Shown: in pieces, positions 1-8,012 of the stretch
How the letters are laid out: every line of letters begins with the position of its first letter
Position numbering within the stretch: position 1 is the stretch's first letter
Assembly (NCBI RefSeq): GCF_006345805.1
Contig: NW_021827295.1
Coordinates: forward strand, 1-10,660
Direction: 5' to 3'
From: Octopus sinensis
Lineage: Eukaryota
Length of the DNA: 10,660 nt
Notes under the pieces: generated by a model
Databases searched by the model: none
Told to the model about the DNA's origin: nothing
Seen by the model: the letters and a program-made list of their open reading frames with translations, nothing else
Program-made: the position numbers and the translations under genes

Positions 1-248
1 CAGTCTTTTTAGAGAGTTACTTCCCTTATATAATAGCAAAAAATGCATTAAAAATTGAAAAAATGATGGTAAATTTCTTTTAATCGTAGAATCATTGTAG
101 ACGCGCGCTAATACCCAGAAGGGCTCGATATAATCACGACTATAAGATACCCGGTTTTGGTTAAACTGCACCGCAAAATGTGGGAGTAGTTACGAATCTA
201 AATCGTATGAGACAGACACTCACACAACTTCACTTTTATATATAAAGA
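1..248 (-). mobile_element. Probable non-autonomous Helitron-like element, 5' end only (continues past the left edge)
   Basis: The minus strand reads A|TCTTTATATATAAAAGTGAAGTTGTGTGAGTGTCTGTCTC...: a TC terminus after a host A, a TATATATAAAA motif and a short CTGT-type stretch, the layout of non-autonomous Helitron 5' ends. The diagnostic 3' hairpin and CTRR are outside the window. Confidence 0.5.
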
Positions 249-270
249 TATAGCTGCCTTCGTTATTTTA

Positions 271-354
271 TGTGTGTGTGAGAGAGAAAGGGAGAGAGAA
301 AGGGAGAGAGAGAGAGAGAGAGAGAGTGTGTGTGTGTGTATGTGTGTGTGTGTG
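271..354. repeat. Compound (TG)n-(AG)n-(TG)n microsatellite
   Basis: Directly visible; it produces the ERER/CVCV start of ORF 274..606. Confidence 0.97.
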
Positions 355-498
355 AATAATTACTTAAGTATTGGGTATGTTCCTAGTCCTTACCCGATGA
401 AGCACGTTCACTGCCAATGGGTACCTGACGTCATCCACAGTATTTATACAACTGCCGTTGGATCTTCCACAGGAATTCCTCAATGTTCGTTGAATATA

Positions 499-560
499 AT
501 AACAAATGACAGAAGCGGAAAATGGAATATATTCCATTTGCCATCTTTATCATTTGTTGT
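499..560. other. Imperfect 62-bp palindrome with a perfect 20-bp core
   Basis: 520-539 (AAATGGAATATATTCCATTT) is a perfect palindrome. Pairing extends to 499/560 with 4 mismatches and 3 G-T pairs, including 9 contiguous pairs (501-509 with 550-558). Confidence 0.85.
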
Positions 561-771
561 GTGTGTGTGCGTGTGTGTTTGTGTATGCGTTTTTGCCGAA
601 CCGTAAACAAGCGGTTCGGCAAAAGAGACCGATAAAATAAGTACCAGACTTACAAAAACAACAATAAGTTCTGGGGGCGATTTGCTCGACTATAAAAACC
701 CTACAAGACGGTGCCCCAAAATGGTCGCAGTCTAATTACTGAAACGAGTAAAAAAAGATAAAAGAAAAATA
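560..771 (+). mobile_element. 3' half of a SINE (TG-rich middle plus tail); head missing
   Basis: The (TG)n tract is followed by CGGTTCGGCAAAAGAGACCGATAAAATAAGTAC...GATTTGCTCGACTA...GCAGTCTAATTACTGAAACGAGTAAAAAAAGATAAAAGAAAA and ends in a degenerate A-rich repeat. It matches my recollection of an abundant Octopus SINE tail; not verified by search. Confidence 0.6.
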
Positions 772-1097
772 TAGTTATTCATGCTAATTATGTCAATTAT
801 AACCATTTTTCTTTTGTTTGTTTATGAAAAACATTAAAATTAAAGAAGCCATGAATTTCTATAGATTCAAATTATTTTTATAAGAAATATTGAATTTCTA
901 AATCTCTCGTAGAGACATGTACGGTGGTGGGGCGATAGAATGGTTGTATACTTTCATCTAACAGAACGTGACAGTAGGGGGTACACCACCGCTGTATAGC
1001 CCTAGTAAGCATCGAACGCCTCCTGATGGCTTTGACACATTTTTCCCTGTGTCCTTATATACATTTACGAAGGGGAGCCAAACATCCCCGGCTGCCG

Positions 1098-1107
1098 AGC
1101 CAATCAG
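1098..1107 (+). promoter_or_regulatory. CCAAT box (NF-Y consensus match)
   Basis: AGCCAATCAG matches the extended NF-Y motif and lies about 150 bp upstream of GCCGCCATG at 1253-1261. Motif match only. Confidence 0.3.
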
Positions 1108-1258
1108 ATGCTGTCATTTTCGATATGCTAAAAGTCGGGATTGCTTCATTTACTACCCGTTTGTTTTAGGTTTGGGAGACATGTTCTCTGGCAACTCTTT
1201 TTGTTTTTGTAATTCGTTATTCGCTATTTCTTGTAGTGTAGTGGACCCCATTGCCGCC

Positions 1259-1450
1259 ATGATTGTTCATTACAAGTCTACTGGATCAGAGCAAGGGTGA
1301 CTTGAGACTAAAAAGCAACCTCAGCGGCAGCAGCAGCCGTCCAAGAATTTGGACCTGGAGATCTCCATTTCCAGCTACTTCGAGGGCCACTTCCCAGTGG
1401 TGTCGGGCGTCAACGAAGAGCCCTCGACTACCACAAGACGACCAAAGTTT
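1259..1450 (+). pseudogene. Possible decayed DWNN-domain (RBBP6/Snama/Mpe1-like) N-terminal coding remnant
   Basis: A strong Kozak GCCGCCATG starts MIVHYK (compare MSVHYK/MSCVHYK of Snama/RBBP6). The +1 frame gives SLLD...GDL and the original frame gives KKQ...QQ...KNLDLEIS (compare GDLKREIVQQKR...DFDLQIT). This needs two frameshifts and a deletion, and there is an in-frame TGA at 1298-1300. Similarity judged by eye. Confidence 0.3.
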
Positions 1451-1527
1451 TTTTTTTCCAAGGTCTGGGGTCTCCCGCTCATAAGCCCTAGACCATCACC
1501 TAATCACCCTTACCCGTCTTGTTACTT
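1336..1527 (+). repeat. Tandem duplication, copy 1 (192 bp), followed by (AAC)5
   Basis: Aligns end to end with 1630-1822: 8 substitutions and a T10/T11 length difference. Confidence 0.97.
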
Positions 1528-1543
1528 AACAACAACAACAACA

Positions 1544-1584
1544 ATCTATCTATCTATCTATCTATCTACTTATCTATCTATCTA

Positions 1585-1629
<45 letters not shown>
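1544..1629. repeat. (ATCT)n microsatellite between the duplicated units
   Basis: Directly visible; it produces the IYLS/LSIY ORF text. Confidence 0.97.
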
Positions 1630-1822
1630 GCCGTTCAAGGATTTGAACCTGGAGATCTTCATTTCCAGCGACTTCGAGGGCCACCTTCCAGTGGTGTCGG
1701 GCGTCAACGAAGAGCCCTCGACTACCACAAGACGACCAAAGTTTTTTTTTTTCCAAGGTCTGGGGTCTCCCGCTCATAAGCCCTAGACCATCACCTAATC
1801 ACCCTTACCCGTCTTGTTGCTT
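1630..1822 (+). repeat. Tandem duplication, copy 2 (193 bp), followed by (AAC)n
   Basis: Aligns with 1336-1527 at an offset of 294-295 bp; both copies end ...CTTAACAACAAC. Confidence 0.97.
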
Positions 1823-2098
1823 AACAACAACAACAACAACAACAACAAAAACAACAACAGCAGCAGCAGCAGCAAGAACAACAACAGCAATATCAACAGC
1901 AGCACAACAATAGCAACAACAGAGTTGTTGAGGGTGGTATTAATGGTATTAACCATTAATCTGATTTACATCTTTGGAGATCCCAAACTGATGAATAACA
2001 ACAACAATAACAACACGGATCTACAATAATAACAACACGGATGAATAACAATAACAACGACGACGACGACGAAACAACAACAGCAACATCGACAACAA
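1823..2098. repeat. Compound AAC/AGC/AAT/GAC trinucleotide region with a short non-repetitive interruption
   Basis: Directly visible; includes a short direct repeat AATAACAACACGGAT x2. Confidence 0.9.
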
Positions 2099-2248
2099 CC
2101 ATATCTACACAAAGTTACACCTAAAACAGCAACCGGTGCCCAGACACCACGTGATAACAGAAAAAAAAATGGAATACCCTCGACCCCCATCTACTATCCC
2201 TCTTTACATTTTCAGATTTCTTTTCCACTACTATAAATGCCACCTGCA

Positions 2249-2269
2249 TGATTATCATCATCGTCATCG

Positions 2270-2306
<37 letters not shown>

Positions 2307-2446
2307 CCTCATCATCATCGTCATCATCATCGTCATCATCATCGTCATCATCATCCTCATCAACATCATCTTCATCATCATCATCCTCATCATCATCACC
2401 ATCGTCGTCGTCGTCGTCGTCGTCATCATCATCGTCATCGTCATCG

Positions 2447-2490
<44 letters not shown>

Positions 2491-2652
2491 TACAACAACA
2501 TCATCATTGCCGACGTCACTATCGCGGGGAGCTACCACTGCAACCATCACCACCACCACCAACAACAACAACAACACCACCGTCATTATCACCACCATTA
2601 TCCTCCTCCTCCTCATCTTCGTCGTCGTCATCATCATCATCGTTATTTACCC
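2249..2652. repeat. Long compound (ATC)n/(GTC)n/(CTC)n/(ACC)n/(AAC)n microsatellite
   Basis: About 400 bp of trinucleotide repeats; source of the poly-H, poly-I, poly-M and poly-D ORFs. Confidence 0.97.
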
Positions 2653-2930
2653 ACCCAAAAATTATTATTATTATTAAAGGAACACACTAGAAATGTAAAA
2701 AAAAAAACAAGAAGGAAAAAAAACCCCATCATATACATAAAAAGAAAAAGTAAACAAGGCAGGAGGATTTTAAAGATTCCGTGCCATATCTAAAAAGAAT
2801 CTGGTTTTCTCTTCATTTTAGACTGTTTATTGTTCTTTCATTGGAGAGAACAACTTCATCACTGCATAGTGATGGGTGGTTTATGGTAGGGCATCCATGA
2901 TATGTCTATTAGTCTAACTGCCTTCCTGTT

Positions 2931-2991
2931 TCTTATTTCTTTACTGCTAAACACAGACGGGACAAACAAGGACAGACAAACGGCTTAAGTC
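2931..2991 (-). mobile_element. Short SINE 3'-tail fragment
   Basis: TTTCTTTACTGCTAAACACAGACGGGACAAACAAGGACAGACAAACGGCTTAAGTC resembles the reverse complement of a recalled Octopus SINE tail; short and unverified. Confidence 0.4.
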
Positions 2992-3051
2992 TTTCATTGT
3001 TAATACACAATGAAGGATGCAGTCCTGCACGTTCATATACGCGCATACTCA

Positions 3052-3096
3052 CAAACACATATATATACACGCAGTTACATACACACAAACATTCAC

Positions 3097-3132
<36 letters not shown>
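3052..3132. repeat. (CA)n / (TA)n microsatellite
   Basis: Directly visible. Confidence 0.95.
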
Positions 3133-3134
<2 letters not shown>

Positions 3135-3407
3135 TTTAAAATCATAAGTTTGTCTTAGACGCTCGTACTTTTAACTAGCCATTTCTTCACACGATCTTAG
3201 TTATATTACATATATATATATAAAGGATTCTTTTTATAAGTCCTAAGTAAAATTTCTCTCTGAGAAAATTGGGTATGTTTATCATATATGATGCACAGAC
3301 GTCAGGAAGATATGCTTTATGTATCACATTAGATACACAGTACAAAGGGCTAAGGTTTTGTAGGTTCAATGACTCTGCTAATCTACTGTCTTAATGTACG
3401 TATATAC

Positions 3408-3524
3408 GTCGAAGAGCGTAGGCCCGAAACGTCAAAGACTTTTCCATGCTTCCCGAGCGTCAAACTAATATTCCAGCTTGTTGCTCCCTCATCCGTCTTC
3501 GTCTTTTGTTTTCTGTAGATTTGA
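3408..3524 (+). mobile_element. Possible Penelope-like element 3'/terminal fragment
   Basis: GAAGAGCGTAGGCCCGAAACGTC followed by a T-rich stretch resembles the GAAGA...CCGAAACGT terminal motif of Penelope-like elements. No ORF supports it. Confidence 0.35.
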
Positions 3525-3538
3525 GGTATATGATATAA

Positions 3539-3935
3539 GCAGAAGCACTGTGTGGAAGCACTCCGTCGGTTACGACGATGAGGGTTCCGGTTGATTCGAA
3601 TCAACGGAACAGCCTGCTCGTGAAATTAACGTGTAAGTGGCTGAGCACTCCACAGACACGTGTACCCTTAACGTAGTTCTCTGGGATATTCAGCGTGACA
3701 CAGAGAGTGACAAGGCCGGCCCTTTGAAATACAGGTACAACAGAAACAGGAAGTAAGAGTGAGAGAAAGTTGTGGTGAAAGAGTACAGCAGGGATCACCA
3801 CCATCCCCTGCCGGAGCCTCGTGGAGCTTTAGGTGTTTTCGCTCAATAAACACTCACAACGCCCGGTCTGGGATTCGAAACCGCGATCCTATGACCGCGA
3901 GCCCGCTGCCCTAACCACTGGGCCATTGCGCCTCC
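3539..3935 (-). mobile_element. Full-length tRNA-derived SINE, family A copy 1
   Basis: The minus-strand head GGAGGCGCAATGGCCCAGTGGTTAGGG carries an A box, followed by a B box GGTTTCGAATCCC. A 14-bp TSD GGTATATGATATAA lies at 3525-3538 and 3936-3949. About 95% identical to 5746-6130. Confidence 0.92.
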
Positions 3936-4011
3936 GGTATATGATATAAACGTATGTTAAAAAGCATAATTATACCCGATAGTTTGTGTTTAAAAGTTTC
4001 CAAGTTAATAT

Positions 4012-4565
4012 GAATGTATGCGTACATGTGTATATTTACTTATGTATGAATATATGCACTTATATATGTGTGTGTATGTGTGTACGTGTGCCTGTGTGCT
4101 TGCGTGGGTCTATGCTTGTGTGAGTGTTTATATACACACATACATACATACATACATACATTCATACATTCATACATACATATATACATGCATGCATATA
4201 TGTGTACATATGTATATATATGTATAGCTATATATCTATGAATCAAGCACAAATATATACGTGTACATATATATGCATACGTACGTGTGTATAATATATA
4301 TGTGTATGTATATTTTATATGAACATCAAATATGCATATATATATATATATATAATATATATACATATACTCATATATGTACATATGTGTGTTCATATAC
4401 AAATGTATAAGTATTTACACATATATATGTTTGTGTATGTTTGTGCGTGTGTGTATGTGTGAGCATTTACACATATATATATAAATACATACATATGCTA
4501 ACACACGCACGCCGCAAGCACGTACACATACACATATACATATGTACATTCGTGAACGCACACGA
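4012..4565. repeat. Degenerate (TA)/(TG)/(CA)/(CATA) low-complexity region
   Basis: Directly visible; source of the Y/I/C/V/H/T-rich ORFs. Confidence 0.93.
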
Positions 4566-5307
4566 ATACAGAGCATCAGTGGTATTAAACGTGTCAGATT
4601 ACGCGTTACCTTTCCACCTTTTGCTCTGTGTCAGCCAGCAGTGGGACACACCCTCTTTGCCTGGCACTTCCAGCTGCACAACTCGGCCCACATCATGTAA
4701 CTCAAGACATACTTAATCGCATCGACTTCAGTGTAGATCCTTAAATCACAAAAAAAGTAACCGACTCGTGTTCTTGTTAAAGAACTTAAGGGGAATAACA
4801 AACAAATAAGCAAAATAAAGCCATAAACTCCAAGATGTTTGAGTCGATGAAAAAAAAAAATAGTAAAAAGAAACAAAAAAGAAGAAAAAAAAGTTATTTG
4901 GATCAGAAATTGAAGAATGAGGAAAGAATGAAATTAGAGAGAAAGAGTGAATGGAAAGGGTTGGTATATAAAGAAATAACAGAAATGGGTCAGCAAATGA
5001 TAAGAAGGAGATAGAAGTAATAAGGAAATAAGGAACAGATAATGTTTTAAACCATTCTGTTTTAAACCAACAACACATTATAGGTAGGCAGAAGGGATTA
5101 AACAGAACAGGAGGATACACGTGGATGGAAGAGTCGCTGAAGGGGGTCACAGATGTGTGACGAAATATTCCCAGACAATGGACATATAATGACTACAAGA
5201 AAGTAGGACTACAAGAAATAACTAAAAGAGTTTAATGAACAAAACGGAAGGAAGTACATGTAAAACAATGTGTTGTGTGTGTGTGTGTGTGTGTGGCGTA
5301 TTATTAA

Positions 5308-5460
5308 GGTACGTGGCCTAGTGGTTGGCACAAGAGAGATCGGTGTTGCGATCGCAGGCTGGCGGTGAGTTGTGTTCCCTAACATGACGTTTCATTTCAC
5401 TTTGCTCCAGTCCGCTCGGCTGTAAATGGACAGACCCTACAATGGATTGGCGTCCCGTTT
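5308..5460 (+). mobile_element. Old, degraded tRNA-derived SINE with a conserved central domain
   Basis: A-box-like GTGGCCTAGTGGTT, then TTGTGTTCCCTAACATGACGTTTCATTTCACTTTGCTCCAGTCCGCTCGGCTGTAAATG, which is homologous to the central part of the SINE at 9047-9393 (GTTGTGTTCTTGAGCAAGATACTTTATTTTTCACGTTACTCCAATTCACTCAGCTGTAGAAATG). B box degraded; 3' boundary uncertain. Confidence 0.6.
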
Positions 5461-5606
5461 ATCAAAGAGAATGTAGGCCATGTAATCAAATCCCCATCCC
5501 CTTCGCTCCCCTCCCCTAAAAATTCCCAGAATGGATCTCTGCAACGGACCGGTGGAAATTGGGTAAACGGTCTTACAAGTTATAGAGCTCGGGAAAAAAA
5601 ATAAAT

Positions 5607-5727
5607 AGGAGTGGATGTGTGGTAAGTAGCTTACTTACCAAACACATGGTTCCGGGTTCAGTAACACTGAACCCAGAACCGTGTGGTTGGGAAGCAAACT
5701 TCTTACCACACAGCCATGCCTGCACCT
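5607..5727. mobile_element. Two SINE tRNA-like heads joined in inverted orientation (fold-back)
   Basis: 5607-5662 and 5666-5721 are reverse complements at 46/56 positions around a 3-nt spacer (AAC). Each arm has an A-box-like GTGG(A/C)TGTGTGG and ends at B-box-like GGGTTCAGT. Confidence 0.85.
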
Positions 5728-5745
5728 ATATATATAAATAAGTGT

Positions 5746-6130
5746 GGAGGCGCAATGGCCCAGTGGTTAATCCCCGCGGACTCGCGGTCATAGGATCGCG
5801 GTTTCGATTCCCAGACCGGGTGTTGTGAGTGTTTATTGAGCGAAAACACCTAAAAGTTCCACGAGGCTCCGGCAGGGGATGGTGGTGATCCCTGCTGTAC
5901 TCTTTCACCACAACTTTCTCTCGCTCTTACTTCCTGTTTCTGTTGTATCTGTATTTCAAAGGGCCGGCCTTGTCACTCTCAGTGTCACGTTGAATATCCC
6001 CGAGAACTACGTTAAGGGTACACGTGTCTGTGGAGTGCTCAGCCACTTACACGTTAATTTCACGAGCAGGCTGTTCCGTTGATTCGGATCAACCGGAACC
6101 CTCGTCGTCGTAACCGACGGAGTGCTTCCA
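5746..6130 (+). mobile_element. Full-length tRNA-derived SINE, family A copy 2
   Basis: A box TGGCCCAGTGG and B box GGTTTCGATTCCC. A 12-bp TSD TATAAATAAGTG lies at 5733-5744 and 6131-6142. Inverted homologue of 3553-3935. Confidence 0.93.
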
Positions 6131-6714
6131 TATAAATAAGTGCGTTTTTTTAGGCATTTTGAATGCATTATTCAACTGACGCTTTCTTTTGGCATAGAAT
6201 ATAACAAAACCAAATTTGGTAGGCATTGGAATCAACATTAAAAGGAAGCGTAATAAAACATCGCAAGTTTAACATAGCAGGCTTAACATCTCATTATAAC
6301 ATGTGTCACTTATGTACGCAAAATGTGAATTTACGTCCTGTTGGATGATTTCATATTTCCTTAGACAATCTGTTGTATTTGTTCGGACATAGACGCGTAA
6401 TTTTTCATTGAATAATTCTAGATTGAAATCAGCCACTGTTTCCATTTTATATCTTAGACAGACCATCACTAAAGACATAGAAAAAAAACACTACAATACA
6501 AAAGAAAAATGAATCTACTGTTTCACTTTCTGCCATATTAATTAAATTGAATTCTGTTTCTATTCTATTTTCTTTTCTAGTTTTTAAGATTATTTTTCTT
6601 CCCACCTCGACATTACCTACCGTTTCCGCTCTCGCTTTCTTGAATACGTGTGCATTCACGAACATGCATATATAAATGCATACTTATAAAAACACACCCA
6701 CCCACATACGCACA

Positions 6715-6719
6715 CTGTT

Positions 6720-6759
<40 letters not shown>

Positions 6760-6940
6760 ACTCGAAAATCACACACATGTCCCTCTGTTTATATATATAT
6801 ATGTATATACATATATATATATATATATATGTGTGTATATGTATGTGTATGTATATATATATACATATATATATATATATGTGTGTGTGTGTCTATGTAT
6901 ACTCACATACATGCACGCTCATATGCAGACAAACACATAC
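6715..6940. repeat. (TA)n/(TG)n/(CA)n microsatellite region
   Basis: Directly visible. Confidence 0.95.
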
Positions 6941-7465
6941 GTATGCAGTCAGGAATTAAAAATTGCAAAGAAAAACAAAGCGATAAGCCGAGCCATTGTT
7001 TCAATTTAGCTGGAATGAGAGGCCTTTTGTAAGCAGATTAAAGCGGGGAGGGGTCCTTTTGACGCCTCTGTATACCTCATGTACGATAAAGAAAGCTCCC
7101 CCAAAACAGCAAAACTATACAAAAGCATTTGGTCTCGCCCTCAATTATATATTCCATCAAAGCGAAAAACTAGCCACCATGAAGAGAAATTTAGGAAACT
7201 GTAGAAAAAAAAAATACGTTGTTAGTATAAAAGTCTTATCAATTTCTTCTCTGCCACCAACAACAGTAAAGAGAAACGGGTGTGAGGGGAAGAGTCGTTT
7301 CTTGTTGTTTCTGTTATTTGGCAAGTTCGACAGAGGTCGTTGATAACAGAATCGCAACACTAGTTTCGTTTGTGCGTTTGGAAGCTGAAGAGTTGGACAA
7401 GAAGGCGACCAACCTGGATTGGATCTGAACCTATGTCTAGTCTGCTGTCTGCTAACAAATGAGCA

Positions 7466-7535
7466 ATTAACAACAACAACAACAACAATAGGAGAAGCAG
7501 GAGTAGCAGGAGTAGCAGCAACTGCAGCAACAACG
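7466..7535. repeat. (AAC)n and AGC/AGG-type trinucleotide repeats
   Basis: Directly visible; includes AGCAGGAGT x2. Confidence 0.85.
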
Positions 7536-7667
7536 ATGAACTATACTCGAAGAAGTTGTGTGCGATTGAATGACGTAGTAATAATATGTGAGTGATGTTT
7601 AAGAGAGGTGTGTTGCTGAAGCTATTTATAAGTGGTGGGAGTTCTGTTTGGGAATGGGAAGCTAATA

Positions 7668-7790
7668 GTGAGAGAGAGAGGGGGGAGGAGAAAGAGGGAG
7701 AGAGAGAGAGAGAGAGGCAGTGAGAGAGAAACGGATAGGGAAAAAGAAAGATGGAAAGGAAGAGAGAGAGAGAGAGGGGGAGGAGGAGAA
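7668..7790. repeat. Polypurine (AG)n/(GGA)n tract
   Basis: Almost all A/G on the + strand. Confidence 0.9.
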
Positions 7791-7855
7791 GTACATTGAA
7801 GGCGATATAAGGAATACGAAACGCGAAATATGAAGGTGGAAAAATAGTGAAGGTG

Positions 7856-8012
7856 TTATTGTTGTTTTTTTTCTTGCTGTTGATGTTGGTGGTGGCGACG
7901 GTGGTGATTATGATGATGGGGGGTGGGGGTACTAATGAAGATAGTGTTCATAATCCTAATTGTTGTTGTTATTATTGTTGTTGTTGTTGTTGTGTTGTTA
8001 TGCTCATGATGA
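7856..8012. repeat. Compound TTG/GTG/ATG trinucleotide repeats
   Basis: Directly visible. Confidence 0.9.

Noticed and set aside
274-622. ORFs 274..606 (+) and 431..622 (-)
   Set aside because: They begin or end in microsatellites, and their shared GKWNIFH-type text comes from the DNA palindrome.
921-1006. 8-bp inverted repeat CGGTGGTG/CACCACCG and a nearby CTAGT as a Helitron 3' end
   Set aside because: The arms are about 55 bp apart and no compact hairpin lies just upstream of CTAG; compatible with chance.
1336-1822. Repeat-spacer-repeat layout as a CRISPR-like array
   Set aside because: There are only two units of about 190 bp, separated by a microsatellite, in eukaryotic DNA.
2170-2245. 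EYPRPPSTIPLYIFRFLFHYYKC, loosely recalling the RBBP6 zinc knuckle (YTCFRCGKPGHYIKNC)
   Set aside because: Two of the three zinc-binding cysteines are absent and several gaps are needed; likely over-reading prompted by the DWNN idea. Worth revisiting only if the DWNN search is positive.
2121-2793. Long poly-His, poly-Asp, poly-Ile and poly-Met ORFs
   Set aside because: They are overlapping frames of one trinucleotide microsatellite, with no domain content.
4620-4745. GC-richer stretch after a pyrimidine tract and CAG, as a possible exon
   Set aside because: All frames are short with no recognisable motif and no clear donor site.
5746-5820. tRNA-like sequences here and at 3860-3935 and 9320-9390
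   Set aside because: They have A and B boxes but continue into SINE bodies flanked by TSDs, so they are SINE heads and not tRNA genes.
3601-6082. Near-identical 67-aa ORFs at 3601-3804 (-) and 5879-6082 (+), looking like a duplicated small gene
   Set aside because: Both lie at the same place inside two copies of one SINE; the similarity reflects the repeat.
3553-6130. A/G differences between the two SINE copies as a fossil of RNA editing
   Set aside because: There are only four A/G differences, they go in both directions, and they are matched by four C/T differences; ordinary transitions and CpG decay explain them.
6269-6478. Minus-strand ORF with a good-looking acceptor (TTTTCTATGTCTTTAG) as a possible exon
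   Set aside because: No recognisable protein similarity, no convincing donor or partner exons, and such acceptors are frequent in T-rich DNA.
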